A DNA stretch of 64,000 nucleotides from positions 5,270,001 to 5,334,000 of the forward strand of contig OZ024760.1 in NCBI GenBank assembly GCA_964016885.1, given 5' to 3'. Below are positions 11,520-25,598 of the stretch, one piece after another. Source of the stretch: Eledone cirrhosa (lineage: Eukaryota). Each line of letters opens with the position of its first letter. Position 1 is the first letter of the stretch. The position numbers and the translations under genes are program-made. The notes below the pieces were generated by a model, which made no database searches, had not been told where the DNA came from, and was given only the letters and a program-made list of their open reading frames with translations.

Positions 11520-12540
11520 ACACATAACACCTCTTCCACCACCACCACCACACATAACTCCTCTTCCACCACCATCATCACCACCACCACCACCACCATC
11601 ACCACCACCACCACCACCACCATCACCACCACCTTCCACCACCACCACCCCCTGTGTCTGAGTACTACCTACATATTCCTGTTCCAGTTTATAACCTCAC
11701 ACTAAACTAAGAATATGTCATTTGTTTTGCTTACATCATAGCAATGGGTGTGGTGGTGGTGGTGGTGGTGGCTGTGGTGGTGGTGGTGGTGGTGGTGGCT
11801 GTGGTGGTGGTTGTGGCTGTGGTGGTGGTGGTGGCTGTGGTGGTGGCGTTGGTGGTGGTGGTGGTGGTGGTGGTGGTGGTGGTGGTGGTGGTGGTGGCTA
11901 TGGTGGTGGTGGTGGTGGTGGTGGTGGTGGCTGTGGTGGTGGTGGTGATGGCTGTGGTGGTGGTAGTGGTGGTGGCGTTGGTGGTGGTGGTGGCTGTGGT
12001 GGTGGCGGTGGTGGTGGTGGTGGTGGCTGTGGTGGTGGTGATGGTAGTGGTGGTGGCGTTGGTGGTGGTGGTGGCTGTGGTGGTGGTGGTGGTGGTGGCT
12101 GTGGTGGTGGCTGTGGTGGTGGCGGTGGTGGTGATGACTGTGGTGGTGGTGGTGGTGGTGGTGGCGGTGGTGGTGGTGGGTGCAGTGATTGAGGGTGGTG
12201 GTAATGTGATGATGGTGGCGGAGTGATAGCGGGTGTTGTGGTGGTGGTGGGTATGGTGGTGGGTGTGGTGGTGGTGGGTATGGTGGTGGGTGTGGTGGTG
12301 GTGGTAGTGATGGTGGTGGTGATGGTGGTGGTAGTGGTAGTGTGATGGTGGTGGTGTGATGGTGGGTGGTTGCAGTGTAATGGTGGGTGGTGGTAGTGTG
12401 ATGGTGCTTGCTATGGTAATGAGGGGGTGGGGTGCCGGTGTGGTCTTAGTGGTTATAGTGACGGTAGTGGTTGTTATGCTGGAGAGAAGAAAAAATGATG
12501 ATGATGATGATGGCGAGGAGGTGGGGGAGGAGGTGTGAAC
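11520..12540. repeat. (ACC)n and (GGT)n trinucleotide tracts
   Basis: Degenerate ACC run at 11520-11650 and GGT run at 11745-12540. Confidence 0.9.
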
Positions 12541-12697
12541 AATCAATCATGTAATAATATCGACCTGTATAGTTTAGCCAGATACGAGACACGTGGTAGA
12601 TAGCAATTCATGTATGGGCTGGCCTGTGATATGAAGGACATTTTTCTGGGACATACCATGCATTGGACATGATGTAACAGTACAGCATTTAACTTAA

Positions 12698-13120
12698 CCC
12701 TTTAGCATTTACATAACTCTCTATATATATACTATTATATTTTCATGGTAAAGGCTTTACCTCGCATAATTTACCACCGCAAGGTGGTCGTGGAGGTGCC
12801 ACGGCAAAAAAGCACCCAGCCCACACTGTAAAGTGGTCGTGTAGGCGCCACGAAAAAGCACCCAGCACTCACTGTAAATGAGGTTGGTGTTAGGAAGGGC
12901 ATCCAGCTGTAGAAATCAAGCCAGATCAGTTCCTGTATGAGCAAGGCATGGTCAGCCGACCAGACACTGCCCACAACAGGACAACCCGTCTAACCCATGC
13001 TAGCGTGGAAGAACGGACGTAAAACGGTGATGATGATGATGATGATGAATTATCTCACATAATATCAAATCTGAGAGATTTTGATATTATTTTGAGAACA
13101 ATACCTTAACATAAGTATGG
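12698..13120 (+). mobile_element. piggyBac-type MITE, left part, interrupted by an RTE 3' UTR copy (12771-13048)
   Basis: Starts TTAA-CCCTTTAGCATTTAC. The insert matches 10681-10955, and MITE sequence resumes at AATTATCTCACAT. Confidence 0.8.
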
Positions 13121-15112
13121 TGGTCATAATAAAAGAGGTATAGTGGACATATTTGAAAGGGTTGAAGATTATTATTTTGAGAACAATACCTTAACATAAG
13201 TATGGTGGCCATAATAAAAGAGGTATAGTGGACATATTTGAAAGGGTTGAAGATTATTATTTTGAGAACAATACCTTAACATAAGTATGGTGGCCGTAAC
13301 AAAAGAGGTATAGTGGGACATATTTGAAAGGGTTGAAGACTATTATTTTGAGAACAATACCTTAACATAAGTATGGTGGCCATAATAAAAGAGGTATAGT
13401 GGACATATTTGAAAGGGTTGAAGACTATTATTTTGAGAACAATACCTTAACATAAGTATGGTGGCCATAATAAAAGAGGTATAGTGGACATATTTGAAAG
13501 GGTTGAAGACTATTATTTTGAGAACAATACCTTAACATAAGTATGGTGGCTGTAACAAAAGAGGTATAGTGGACATATTTGAAAGGGTTGAAGACTATTA
13601 TTTTGAGAACAATACCTTAACATAAGTATGATGGCCATAATAAAAGAGGTATAGTGGACATATTTGAAAGGGTTGAAGACTATTATTTTGAGAACAATAC
13701 CTTAACATAAGTATGGTGGCCATAACAAAAGAGGTATAGTGGACATATTTGAAAGGGTTGAAGACTATTATTTTGAGAACAATACCTTAACATAAGTATG
13801 ATGGCCATAATAAAAGAGGTATAGTGGACATATTTGAAAGGGTTGAAGACTATTATTTTGAGAACAATACCTTAACATAAGTATGGTGGCCATAACAAAA
13901 GAGGTATAGTGGACATATTTGAAAGGGTTGAAGACTATTATTTTGAGAACAATACCTTAACATAAGTATGGTGGCCATAACAAAAGAGGTATAGTGGACA
14001 TATTTGAAAGGGTTGAAGACTATTATTTTGAGAACAATACCTTAACATAAGTATGGTGGCCATAATAAAAGAGGTATAGTGGACACATTTGAAAGGGTTG
14101 AAGACTATTATTTTGAGAACAATACCTTAACATAAGTATGGTGGCCATAATAAAAGAGGTATAGTGGACATATTTGAAAGGGTTGAAGACTATTATTTTG
14201 AGAACAATACCTTAACATAAGTATGATGGCCATAATAAAAGAGCTATAGTGGACATATTTGAAAGGGTTGAAGACTATTATTTTGAGAACAATACCTTAA
14301 CATAAGTATGATGGCCATAATAAAAGAGGTATGGTGGCCATAATAAAAGAGGTATGGTGGCCATAATAAAAGAGGTATGGTGGCCATAATAAAAGAGGTA
14401 TAGTGGACACATTTGAAAGGGTTGAAGACTATTATTTTGAGAACAATACCTTAACATAAGTATGATGGCCATAATAAAAGAGGTATGGTGGCCATAATAA
14501 AAGAGGTATGGTGGCCATAATAAAAGAGGTATGGTGGCCATAATAAAAGAGGTATAGTGGACACATTTGAAAGGGTTGAAGACTATTATTTTGAGAACAA
14601 TACCTTAACATAAGTATGATGGCCATAATAAAAGAGGTATGGTGGCCATAATAAAAGAGGTATGGTGGCCATAATAAAAGAGGTATGGTGGCCATAATAA
14701 AAGAGGTATAGTGGACACATTTGAAAGGGTTGAAGACTATTATTTTGAGAACAATACCTTAACATAAGTATGATGGCCATAATAAAAGAGGTATGGTGGC
14801 CATAATAAAAGAGGTATGGTGGCCATAATAAAAGAGGTATGGTGGCCATAATAAAAGAGGTATAGTGGACACATTTGAAAGGGTTGAAGACTATTATTTT
14901 GAGAACAATACCTTAACATAAGTATGATGACCATAATAAAAGAGGTATGGTGGCCATAATAAAAGAGGTATGATGGCCATAATAAAAGAGGTATGGTGGC
15001 CATAATAAAAGAGGTATGGTGGCCATAATAAAAGAGGTATGGTGGCCATAATAAAAGAGGTATGGTGGCCATAATAAAAGAGGTATAGTGGATACATTTG
15101 AAAGGGTTGAAG
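13085..15112. repeat. Tandem satellite: ~14 x 85 bp, then 154-bp units (85 + 3 x 23 bp)
   Basis: Unit TATTATTTTGAGAACAATACCTTAACATAAGTATGGTGGCCATAATAAAAGAGGTATAGTGGACATATTTGAAAGGGTTGAAGAC. ORF-track coordinates 14278/14432/14586/14740/14894 show the 154-bp period. Confidence 0.95.
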
Positions 15113-16177
15113 ACAAGCACCTTCCTCTTTGGCAAAACCCTGATTAGCTTTCTCAGGTTTCACTTGAAGAGGAAAATTAGGGTGGAAAGGTAACAACTAA
15201 CTTCCAGCTAGTTTGTCAAAAGGTGGGAGAGAGAAGTGAGCATGGTTCAAGTGAATGGGTCTGCTCTGAGTATTCACCTGTAAATTGGAGTCAATTAACT
15301 GGGAGAGGGGCCCTAGCAGTAGACAGTGACCATGGCTTTTTGCAGGCTTTCACTACATTTGACCCTCAGTGGTCCCACCACCCTTACTAGGGAACTTGGT
15401 TTTGTTTGTTTGATAGGGTCGACGATTAGTACCTCGTCGGCAACCTCGGGGTGGCCGGCTTTGGGCCCGTTTTTAGAGAGTGGGTCGTAGCCATGCACAG
15501 TGACATCTGCTCTGTGGTGAGAGTGAATGGTCACTTTTCGGAACCGTTCAACGTCATGCACTCACTCCGCCAAGGTTGCCTGATCTAGTCCCTGTTGTAT
15601 GTATTGACTCTAGAGCCATTACTGCACAAACTGAAGATATTGATGGGTACTTGGAAACTGGAATGTCTCCATTGCTCACTGCCCTTTGTCAATCGGGCAC
15701 TGCAACCAGTGGAAACTTCACCTTGGCATTCTATAGAGGGTTAGAGAATGGCTAAAACAACAACGTCCTTGGGGAATCTCTGGATGTCGACGAAAGCCAG
15801 CTAACTAAATTCTTTGGGAGGACTTTCAGTCCAGGGTCAATGAAGAAGGAAGTGCAGCCATCCAGCTAGTTTGTTGAAAGGTGGGTGAGAGAGGCAAGAA
15901 TGACCCATGTGAATGGGCCTGCTCTGAACATGTGCCTGTAGTATTGTAGGAGGAATCCTGGGAGAGGGCGCTTGCCCTAGAAGTCAGGGTGACCATGGCT
16001 TATGTGGGCTTTCTCCATGAGTTACCCTCGGTGGTTTCCCCTCCTATTGGGGATTTTTCCTATGTTTCCATTTTTTTGTTACATCTTTTATTTTTATTTC
16101 CTTTTTGTTTTACACTCATATTTGTAGCATCCTGTACTGTCCTTAATGTATTTTTTTGAAAACCCTTTGTGGTTAAT
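15100..16177 (+). mobile_element. Degenerate Tx1/L1-like LINE fragments
   Basis: About 15410-15635 translates FDRVDD*YL...VRVNGHFSEPFNVMHSLRQGCLI*SLLYVLTLEPLLHKL, a decayed RQGCPLSPLLYVLALEPL RT motif. Related segments repeat at ~15200-15400 and ~15860-16060. Confidence 0.65.
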
Positions 16178-16365
16178 GGTGGATTGACAGTACCGCTAGA
16201 GCGTTGGACGCCATGCTTTGCAACATAGAGTTACGCCCCTTTACGGTCTGAGTTCAAATCTAGCCAAGGTTAACTTTACCTTTCATCCTTACAGGGTCGA
16301 TAAAATAAAATACCAGTAATGCACTGGGGTAATTGCTGGCCTTGTGCCAAAAGTAGAAACAATTA
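16177..16365 (+). mobile_element. SINE family B
   Basis: Matches 6935-7125. Confidence 0.8.
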
Positions 16366-16428
16366 TTATCATTATCATTCAATTACAAATTAAAAGCAGA
16401 TGTAAAGCAAAAGTGAGGATGGTGGTGG

Positions 16429-16459
<31 letters not shown>

Positions 16460-16696
16460 GGTGGTGGTGGTAGTGATGGTGTTGGTAATGGTGGTGGTGG
16501 TGATGATGATGATAATGATGATGAAATCGACAGATACGAAAACAGCTGCTGTTGAATAAAACAAAAGTTCCTCAGACAAGAAATACTGTTTCTAAAAATA
16601 TATTTAATTAACGAAAAATATAAAAATAAAATGTGTTGATATCTAAAAAAAAAAAAAAACAGCTAATACAATTTTTCAATTGTAGAATTATAATTC

Positions 16697-16895
16697 CTTT
16701 AATGAGTACTAATACTTCAAAATATAATTTTCAAATATTTTTAAAAATTAAGATATAGATTTAATGAGTTCTAATACTTCAAAATATAATTTTCAAATAT
16801 TTTTAAAAATTAAGATATAGATTTAATGAGTTTTAATACTTCAAAATATAATTATCAAATAATTTTTTTTTAATTAAGATATAGATTTAATGAGT
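16697..16895. repeat. AT-rich tandem repeat, ~3 x 62 bp
   Basis: TTTAATGAGT.CTAATACTTCAAAATATAATTTTCAAATATTTTTAAAAATTAAGATATAGA repeated. Confidence 0.85.
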
Positions 16896-16944
16896 TTGTT
16901 TATGCGTTGTTAATTATATAATTATGGCAGTTACACATACATGT

Positions 16945-17459
16945 ATATATACCAGAGATGACACAGATTAATGTGTATACCTCAGGGATGACATATACAT
17001 GTGTGTATATATATAACACAGGGATGACATATACATGTATATATACCGCAGGAATAACACACACGTGTATATATATATATGTATATATATATATATAACA
17101 CAGGGATGACATACATGTGTATATATATAAATACCACAGGGATGACATATATGTATATATATATATATATATACCACAGGGATGACATACATGTATATAT
17201 ATACCACAGGGATGACAAACATGTATATATATATATATATACCACAGGGATGACAAACATGTATATATATATATATATACCACAGGGATGACATACATGT
17301 ATATATATACCACAGGGATGACAAACATGTATATATATATATATATACCACAGGGATGACATACATGCATATATATATACCACAGGGATGACATACATGT
17401 ATATATATATATAACACAGGGATGACATACATGTGTATATATATAAATACCACAGGGAT

Positions 17460-17491
<32 letters not shown>

Positions 17492-18460
17492 CCACAGGGA
17501 TGACATACATGTGTATATATATACCACAGGGATGACAAACATGTATATAAATATACCACAGGGATGACATACATGCATATATATATACCACAGGGATGAC
17601 ATACATGTATATATATATATATACCACAGGGATGACATGTATATATATATATATATACCACAGGGATGACATACATGTATATAAATATACCACAGGGATG
17701 ACATACATGTATATATATATACCACAAGGATGACATGTATATATATATACCACAGGGATGACATGTATATATATATACCACAGGGATGACATGTATATAT
17801 ATATATATACCACAGGGATGACATGTATATATATATATATATATACCACAGGGATGACATGTATATATATATATATACCACAAGAATGACATGTATATAT
17901 ATATACCACAGGGATGACATGTATATATATATATATACCACAGGGATGACATGTATATATATACCACAAGGATGACATGTATATATATATATATACCACA
18001 GGGATGACATGTATATATATATATATATATACCACAGGGATGACATGTATATATATATATATACCACAGGGATGACATGTATATATATATATATATACCA
18101 CAGGGATGACATGTATATATATATATATACCACAGGGATGACATGTATATATATATATATACCACAGGGATGACATGTATATATATATATATACCACAGG
18201 GATGACATGTATATATATATATATACCACAGGGATGACATGTATATATATATATATACCACAGGGATGACATGTATATATATATATATACCACAGGGATG
18301 ACATGTATATATATATATATACCACAGGGATGACATGTATATATATATACCACAGGGATGACATGTATATATATATATATACCACAGGGATGACATGTAT
18401 ATATATATATATACCACAGGGATGACATGTATATATATATATATATACCACAGGGATGAC

Positions 18461-18491
<31 letters not shown>

Positions 18492-18570
18492 CCACAAGAA
18501 TGACATGTATATATATATATATATACCACAAGAATGACATGTATATATATATATATACCACAGGGATGAC

Positions 18571-18601
<31 letters not shown>

Positions 18602-18750
18602 CCACAAGAATGACATGTATATATATATACCACAGGGATGACATGTATATATATATATATATATATATACCACAAGAATGACATGTATATATATATATAT
18701 ATATACCACAAGAATGACATGTATATATATATATATACCACAGGGATGAC

Positions 18751-18805
<55 letters not shown>

Positions 18806-18855
18806 ACAAGAATGACATGTATATATATATATATATACCACAGGGATGACATACA
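16945..18855. repeat. Minisatellite CCACAGGGATGACAT(G) + variable (TA)n
   Basis: Roughly 55-60 copies of a fixed core separated by TA runs of differing length. A variant core CCACAAGAATGAC is concentrated toward the right. Confidence 0.95.
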
Positions 18856-19490
18856 CATAGATAGAAGACACCAAGTTATCAATAAATGCTCTGACCTATT
18901 TAACACCTGTACAAGTCTTCTACAGACAGTGCCCAGGTCTCACTACCATGTAACATGGCTGTTCGTATACACGCATCATACAATCTGCCTTTCATTTTGA
19001 GGGAAAAGCCTTTTGCAGTTATATATATATATATATATATAGATATATATATATATATATATATTATTAAGCTCTGTAACCTACATAGAGCACTCTTTTT
19101 TCCGACGGAATTACTTCATTTATTTACACATATCATCATCATCGTTTAACGTCCATCTTCCACGCTTGCATGGGTTTGGACGGGAGTTTTCCCACTTGAG
19201 GCAAGATTTGTTGTCCTGCTCGTATAGGACTGTCTGGCAGGTTTTCTACGGCTGGACGCACTTCCTAACACCAACCACGTTTACATGTGGACTGGGAGGT
19301 TTTTACCGTGTTACCTACACGGCCACATTACAGCGTGGACTGTGTGTTTTTTTGTTTTTGTTTTTTGGGGGTTTTTTTCACATATATATATATATATATA
19401 TAAGCAAAGGGATATTTAATTTGTTGGTAATTCAACAAATATATTTATAACTGATTTAAAGCACTCAACAAGTTTTCTGGAGTATAATAT

Positions 19491-19800
19491 CAATGATATT
19501 AATAAATGGAAACTATATTTATAAAACCATATTTATTCTATTATATATATTTCAAGGGTACCAAAACTTTGGTACGCTCTCATCAGATAAAATACGAAGT
19601 TTGTTTTATAAACAGTGACATACCCAGGAATCAGACGGAACTTGAACTGTCAAGGTCTGATTCCTGGGTATGTCACTATTTATAAAACAAATTTTGTATT
19701 TTATCTGATGAGAGCATACCAAAGTTTTGGTACCCTTGAAATATATATAATAGAATAAATATGGTTTTATAAATATAGTTTCCATTTATTATTATCATTG
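19491..19800. repeat. Inverted repeat, 146-bp arms, 18-bp spacer, probable Penelope-like element remnant
   Basis: 19491-19636 is the reverse complement of 19655-19800 with a few mismatches. Confidence 0.9.
19697..19757 (+). ncRNA. Minimal type I hammerhead ribozyme motif (mirror copy 19534-19594, minus strand)
   Basis: Stem I TATTTTAT/ATAGAATA, CTGATGA (19705-19711), stem II containing TACCAAA-gt-TTTGGTA, GAAA (19738-19741), palindromic TATATA, triplet AUA. Confidence 0.7.
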
Positions 19801-19978
19801 GCAGTATCGGTAGAGTGTCGGATGCCATGCTTTCCAGCATAGTTACGTCCCTTTACGATCTGAGTTCAAATCCCGCCGAGGTTGACTTTGCCTTTCATCC
19901 TTACGGGGTCGATAAAATAAAGTACCAGTAACGCACTGGGTAATTGCTGGCCTTGTGCCTAAAGTAGAAACAATTATT
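19797..19978 (+). mobile_element. SINE family B
   Basis: Matches 7703-7890. Confidence 0.8.
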
Positions 19979-20117
19979 ATCATTGATATATATATATATA
20001 TCCAAAATTAAATTAAGGGTTGTCATGTCTGAGAGACATGCGCCATATCCACTGTAGAATAAGCTCAAAGATTCCAATGAATAGATCCAAGCATTTTATA
20101 TCAACTAGAAATTGATT

Positions 20118-20170
<53 letters not shown>

Positions 20171-20324
20171 AACAAATGAAACAATCACAGGGGATATCAT
20201 CATCATCATCATCATCATCGTTTAAGGTCCATCTTCCACGCTTGCATGGGTTTGATAATTATATATATACACATATATATATATACACACACACACACAT
20301 ATATATATATACACACACACACAC

Positions 20325-20359
<35 letters not shown>

Positions 20360-20404
20360 TATATATACACACACATACATATATATATACACACACATAT
20401 ATAC

Positions 20405-20745
20405 ATCATCATTCATCATTTCATTTTACGTCCGCTTTTTCCCTGCTTGCCAGGGTGGGACGGGAACTGATTCTGGCTTGATTTCTACAGCTGGATGCCC
20501 TTCCTAACACCAACCTCATTTACAGTGAGTGCTGGATGCTTTTTTGCCGTGGCACCTCCACGACCACTTTGAAGTGGAATGATAGGGACCTCAGCCCCTA
20601 TCATCTCATTTCTACAGCTGAGTAAACTGGAGCAATGTGAAATAAATTGTCTTGCTCAAGGAAACAACACATTACCCGGTCTGAGAATTGAACTCACAAC
20701 CTTTCGATTGCAGGGCCAATGCTCTAACCACTAAGCCATGTGCCT

Positions 20746-20747
<2 letters not shown>
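20405..20747 (-). mobile_element. SINE family A
   Basis: Near-identical to 1570-1913; the head abuts a long (TA)n. Confidence 0.85.
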
Positions 20748-20830
<83 letters not shown>

Positions 20831-20851
20831 TATATATATATATATATACAT

Positions 20852-20888
<37 letters not shown>

Positions 20889-20897
20889 CGCACACAA

Positions 20898-20934
<37 letters not shown>

Positions 20935-20957
20935 TATATATGCACATACACACACAC

Positions 20958-21004
<47 letters not shown>

Positions 21005-21133
21005 CACAGACACACACATATATATATACACACACACACACACATATATATATACACACACACACATATATATATACAGACACACACACATATATATACA
21101 CACACACATATATATACACACACATATAGTTCT

Positions 21134-21168
<35 letters not shown>

Positions 21169-21409
21169 CACACACACACATATATATATATATATACACA
21201 CACACATGCACATGCACCATCCTTTATTTTAACCTAATACCAGTGCAGAAACCACTTCCCACGACCCCCCCCCCCCCCCCCCCCATTACATCAACTATGA
21301 CCCATTATCACAGTATTATTATTACCAAAGTAATTTCCTACCAAATTTCATTGTTAGAACATTTACCTTTTGTTCATGAAACTGTGTCAAAGTTATTTAT
21401 TTTCCATTG

Positions 21410-21424
21410 CCACCTACCACTACC

Positions 21425-21456
<32 letters not shown>

Positions 21457-22580
21457 CACTACCACTACCACTATTACTACTGCTATTACTACTACCACCA
21501 CTTTTATTACCACTACTACTATTACCACTACTATTACTACCACTATTACCATCACTTTTATTACCACTACTACTATTACTACCACTATTACCACCACTAC
21601 TACTATTACCACTACTACTATTACTACCACTATTACCACCACTTTTATTACCACTACTACTATTACCACCACTACTACTATTACCACTACTACTATTACT
21701 ACCACTATTACCACCACTTTTATTACCACTACTACTATTACTACCACTATTACCACCACTTTTATTACCACTACTACTATTACCACTACTATTACTACCA
21801 CTTTTATTACCACTACTACTATTACTACCACTATTACCACCACTTTTATTACCACTACTACTATTACCACTACTATTACTACCACTTTTATTACCACTAC
21901 TACTATTACCACTACTATTACTACCACTTATATTACCACTACTACTATTACCACTACTATTACTACCACTTTTATTACCACTACTACTATTACCACTACT
22001 ATTACTACCACTTTTATTACCACTACTACTATTACTACCACTATTACCACCACTTTTATTACCACTACTACTATTACCACCACTTTTATTACCACTACTA
22101 CTATTACCACTACTATTACTACCACTATTACCACCACTTTTATTACCACTACTACTATTACCACTACTATTACTACCACTATTACCACCACTTTTATTAC
22201 CACTACTACTATTACCACTACTACCACCACTTTTATTACCACTACTACTATTACTACCACTATTACCACCACTTTTATTACCACTACTACTACTACCACC
22301 ACTTTTATTACCACTACTACTATTACCACTACTATTACTACCACTATTACCACCACTTTTATTACCACTACTACTATTACCACTACTATTACTACCACTA
22401 TTACCACCACTTTTATTACCACTACTACTATTACTACCACTATTACCACTACTACTATTACCACTACTATTACTACCACTATTACCACCACTTTTATTAC
22501 CACTACCACTATTACCACTACCACTATTACCACCACTACCACTATTACTACTACCATTATTACTAATACCATTATTACTA
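21410..22580. repeat. Compound TAC/CAC/TAT/TTT trinucleotide minisatellite
   Basis: Repeating CCACCACTTTTATTACCACTACTACTATTA-type units; the ORFs in many frames are low complexity. Confidence 0.92.
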
Positions 22581-22631
22581 TTGGCTGGTGGATTGGCAGC
22601 ATCGGTAGAGCTTCGTGTCATATAGTTATGG

Positions 22632-23039
22632 CCCTTTACCATTTACATTACTCCATATTTACTATTATATTTTCACGGTAAACACTTTGTCTCACATAAT
22701 TATCTCACATATGCTTCCTGAGATTCACCAACACTACACCTAATACTCCCCCTCCATACACACACGCACATGTATATCATGACTCATACACTATTCACTT
22801 CCCTGACATTTGTACATTATTCTATGTACTATACATGCACCTTTGATGAGTTGTAGTGCACCTGAGCACTGTACACAATAATTTCATTATTATTATAATA
22901 TCGAATCTATGAGATTTTGATATTCATTTTGAGAACAATACCTTAACATCAGTATGAGTGGCCTATTACAGCCGGTTTGAACAGGAAGAGGTAAGAGATA
23001 TAATTCTGGCCAGATACAGCCGGTTTAAATGCTAAAGGA
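22632..23039 (+). mobile_element. piggyBac-type MITE carrying a CR1-like LINE 3' tail (~22710-22897)
   Basis: MITE halves flank ATGCTTCCTGAGATT...GCACTGTACACAATAATTTCATTATTATT, which matches 52852-53160. Confidence 0.75.
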
Positions 23040-23834
23040 TTAACGGGCCAGATTTAATGAGGAGCAATTGCCTCGGGCGCCCTGCTGAGGAAGCGGGTGC
23101 ACCAGCGACGGCCATAGCAATTTATTTGTACCCTCAGCTGGGCTTTTTAGTTTTAGGGTGGTTAGAATTGTTGTATTTAATACCTGTATATATAACTTTT
23201 CACTTCCAATTACTTGTGCCAAGCTAACTTTGATATGTAAAATTGGGGGTGGCGGGTTGCTGTGTTTTCTAATTTTTTTCCTAATGTCAACCACTTTACA
23301 GTTCATACCAAATATATATATATATACACACATATATATACATATACACACACACACACACATATATATATATATGTATGTATATATTTAACCTGATTGT
23401 ATTTTCGTTGTTGTGGTGGCTTCTGTGCTTTGCCCCCTCGTCCCTTTTGTCCAGTTTTCAATTTGTCATGCCATTTAACATATGTTTATTACTCTAAGAT
23501 GTAACTTATTGATTCATCGATATCTTCTTATTGAGTCCTTCGTGCAAAGCTCTGAATATTGTGGCCGAGCACCGCAACTTCTATTTTACTAACTCCCACT
23601 CTTATATATACAAAATTACTCAAGGATATGAAATTATTATTCATTCTTTCATTTCTAAGCACATATCAATATCACATCCATTTACAAAATAACTGGAAAT
23701 TATCCAATAATTATCTATATCATGGGTGTACTCCTGAGAAACTGAGGATGGCAATGTGCATTGAGTTTCTCTCGTCTTACTAAAGAAAATAGTGAAGTAC
23801 TACACTATAATCACATATTTCTCATCATACATTT

Positions 23835-23867
<33 letters not shown>

Positions 23868-23869
<2 letters not shown>

Positions 23870-24057
23870 ACGAAGGAAATGTGGTAAGGAACCAGATGGA
23901 CCATAACGCACCAAAGTACTCAATACTTAGGGTAGTAGAGTGGGTAATAGGAACAAGTATAACCCCGACAGCAGAGCTCAAGCCGTTTCGACGGCTAATT
24001 CTGTCCAGAATTAGCCGTCGAAACGGCTTGAGCTCTGCCGTCGGGGTCATACTTGTT

Positions 24058-24062
<5 letters not shown>
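23868..24062. mobile_element. Short TA-flanked element with a 116-bp hairpin (23947-24062) carrying the 3' half of a hammerhead
   Basis: Arms meet at CTG-tc-CAG (24001-24008). The right arm has GAAACGGC-ttgagctct-GCCGTC-GGGG. Related copies lie at ~25325-25500, ~29075-29250, ~35655-35705 and ~47460-47660. Confidence 0.7.
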
Positions 24063-24090
<28 letters not shown>

Positions 24091-24503
24091 ACCCATCCAT
24101 CCATCCATTTCCAGTTTTGGTCTTTAGGGTGCTGTGGTTGTTCTGGACTTCGAGGTAGGCAACACCAGGTAATGTCTCGCAGCCACTCTATGTATATGTA
24201 TAGATACATATACATATGAAAATAAGAAAACTCATTGCAAGAACAGCCATTAAAACAATTAAATCTTGTCAAAGAAGCAACCAACAGCCTAAGGACAACA
24301 GCCAGAGGGCAGAAACCAACGGCCAGTGGACAACAGAGAGGCAATCCACAAGGTGAGTGACAAGCAGATAAACTATAGAAAAGATTGAAAGAAGAGGAAG
24401 ACAAGAAGAACTGTGTGGACACATAGAAGTGACTGGAAGAAGGAAATTAAACTTCATATGTATAATAAAATGTAGTTAGCTTGAAGCAATGTATATGATA
24501 TAT

Positions 24504-24780
24504 AATTGTTTCTACTTTTGGCACAAGGCCAGCAATTACCCAGTACATTACTGGTACTTTATGTTATCGACCCCGTAAGGATGAAAAGCAAACAATAATT
24601 GTTTCTACTTTTGGCACAAGGCCAGCAATTACCCAGTACATTACTGGTACTTTATGTTATCGACCCCGTAAGGATGAATGGCAAAGTTAACCTCGGCGGG
24701 ATTTGAACTCAGAATGGCAAGGGCCGTAACTCTTTGCTGCAAAGCATGGCATCCGACCCTCTACCGATACTGCCAATCCA
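24504..24780 (-). mobile_element. SINE family B with duplicated 3' half
   Basis: A partial copy at 24504-24590 is followed by a full copy at 24597-24780. Confidence 0.8.
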
Positions 24781-25033
24781 TAATGCGGAAAGAGATATAA
24801 GGCTAAGGCTAAACAATGAAAAATGGACTAAGATGAGGTAATGAAAAAGTAAGTTACCAGATAATCTTTGTTTTATTGTTGTTGTTGATATATATATTAA
24901 ATCTAATTTAAGTCAGTTTTACTCATAACTAGATTTGGGCTGAAGTTTAGTATGTCTAATTGCTCCTCTGAGTAGATATTTTATGTTCTCAGTAAGTTGC
25001 TGAATATTAGAAGTATAATAACTTTTTAATTGG

Positions 25034-25070
<37 letters not shown>

Positions 25071-25093
25071 ATATATATATATATATTTATATA

Positions 25094-25198
<105 letters not shown>

Positions 25199-25598
25199 AT
25201 GTATATAGTTTAGATCAATAGAGATCAAACCTTGAGCTGATCAATTGCAAAACACACGTCACACCTGAATAAACTTAATGAAAATTGGACACCTTGTCCA
25301 TACTTTGTATACATATGATAGAGAAAGGACCCCGACAGCTGAGCTCTTGCCATTTCAACAGCCAGTCTAGAATTAGCTGTTGAAACGGCAAGAGCTCAGT
25401 CGTCGGGATCCCAACTCTTTCATACTGCAACACTCTACTACCCCAAGTATTGAGTACTCTGGTGAGTAATGGTCTAACAGGTTTTTACTGTATCCATTTT
25501 GATTTATATATATGTGTGTGTGTATGAGTTTCACCAGTTTCAATCAGGGGTAACCTCAGTTAGTAAGGTACTCAATATCCATTAGTAGAGTATAAACA

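Noticed and set aside
13085-15112. Regular arrays here and at 26045, 41440 and 48483 as CRISPR or coding repeats
   Set aside because: Head-to-tail near-identical units with no unique spacers; the ORFs merely reflect unit periodicity.
16945-18855. Repeat-spacer array resembling CRISPR
   Set aside because: Spacers are only (TA)n of varying length rather than unique sequences; the context is eukaryotic and there are no cas-like ORFs.
20688-22681. Long ORFs (645, 424, 422, 398 aa) resembling mucin or Gly/Ser-rich proteins
   Set aside because: Open in many frames because trinucleotide repeats lack stops; no splice or domain support.
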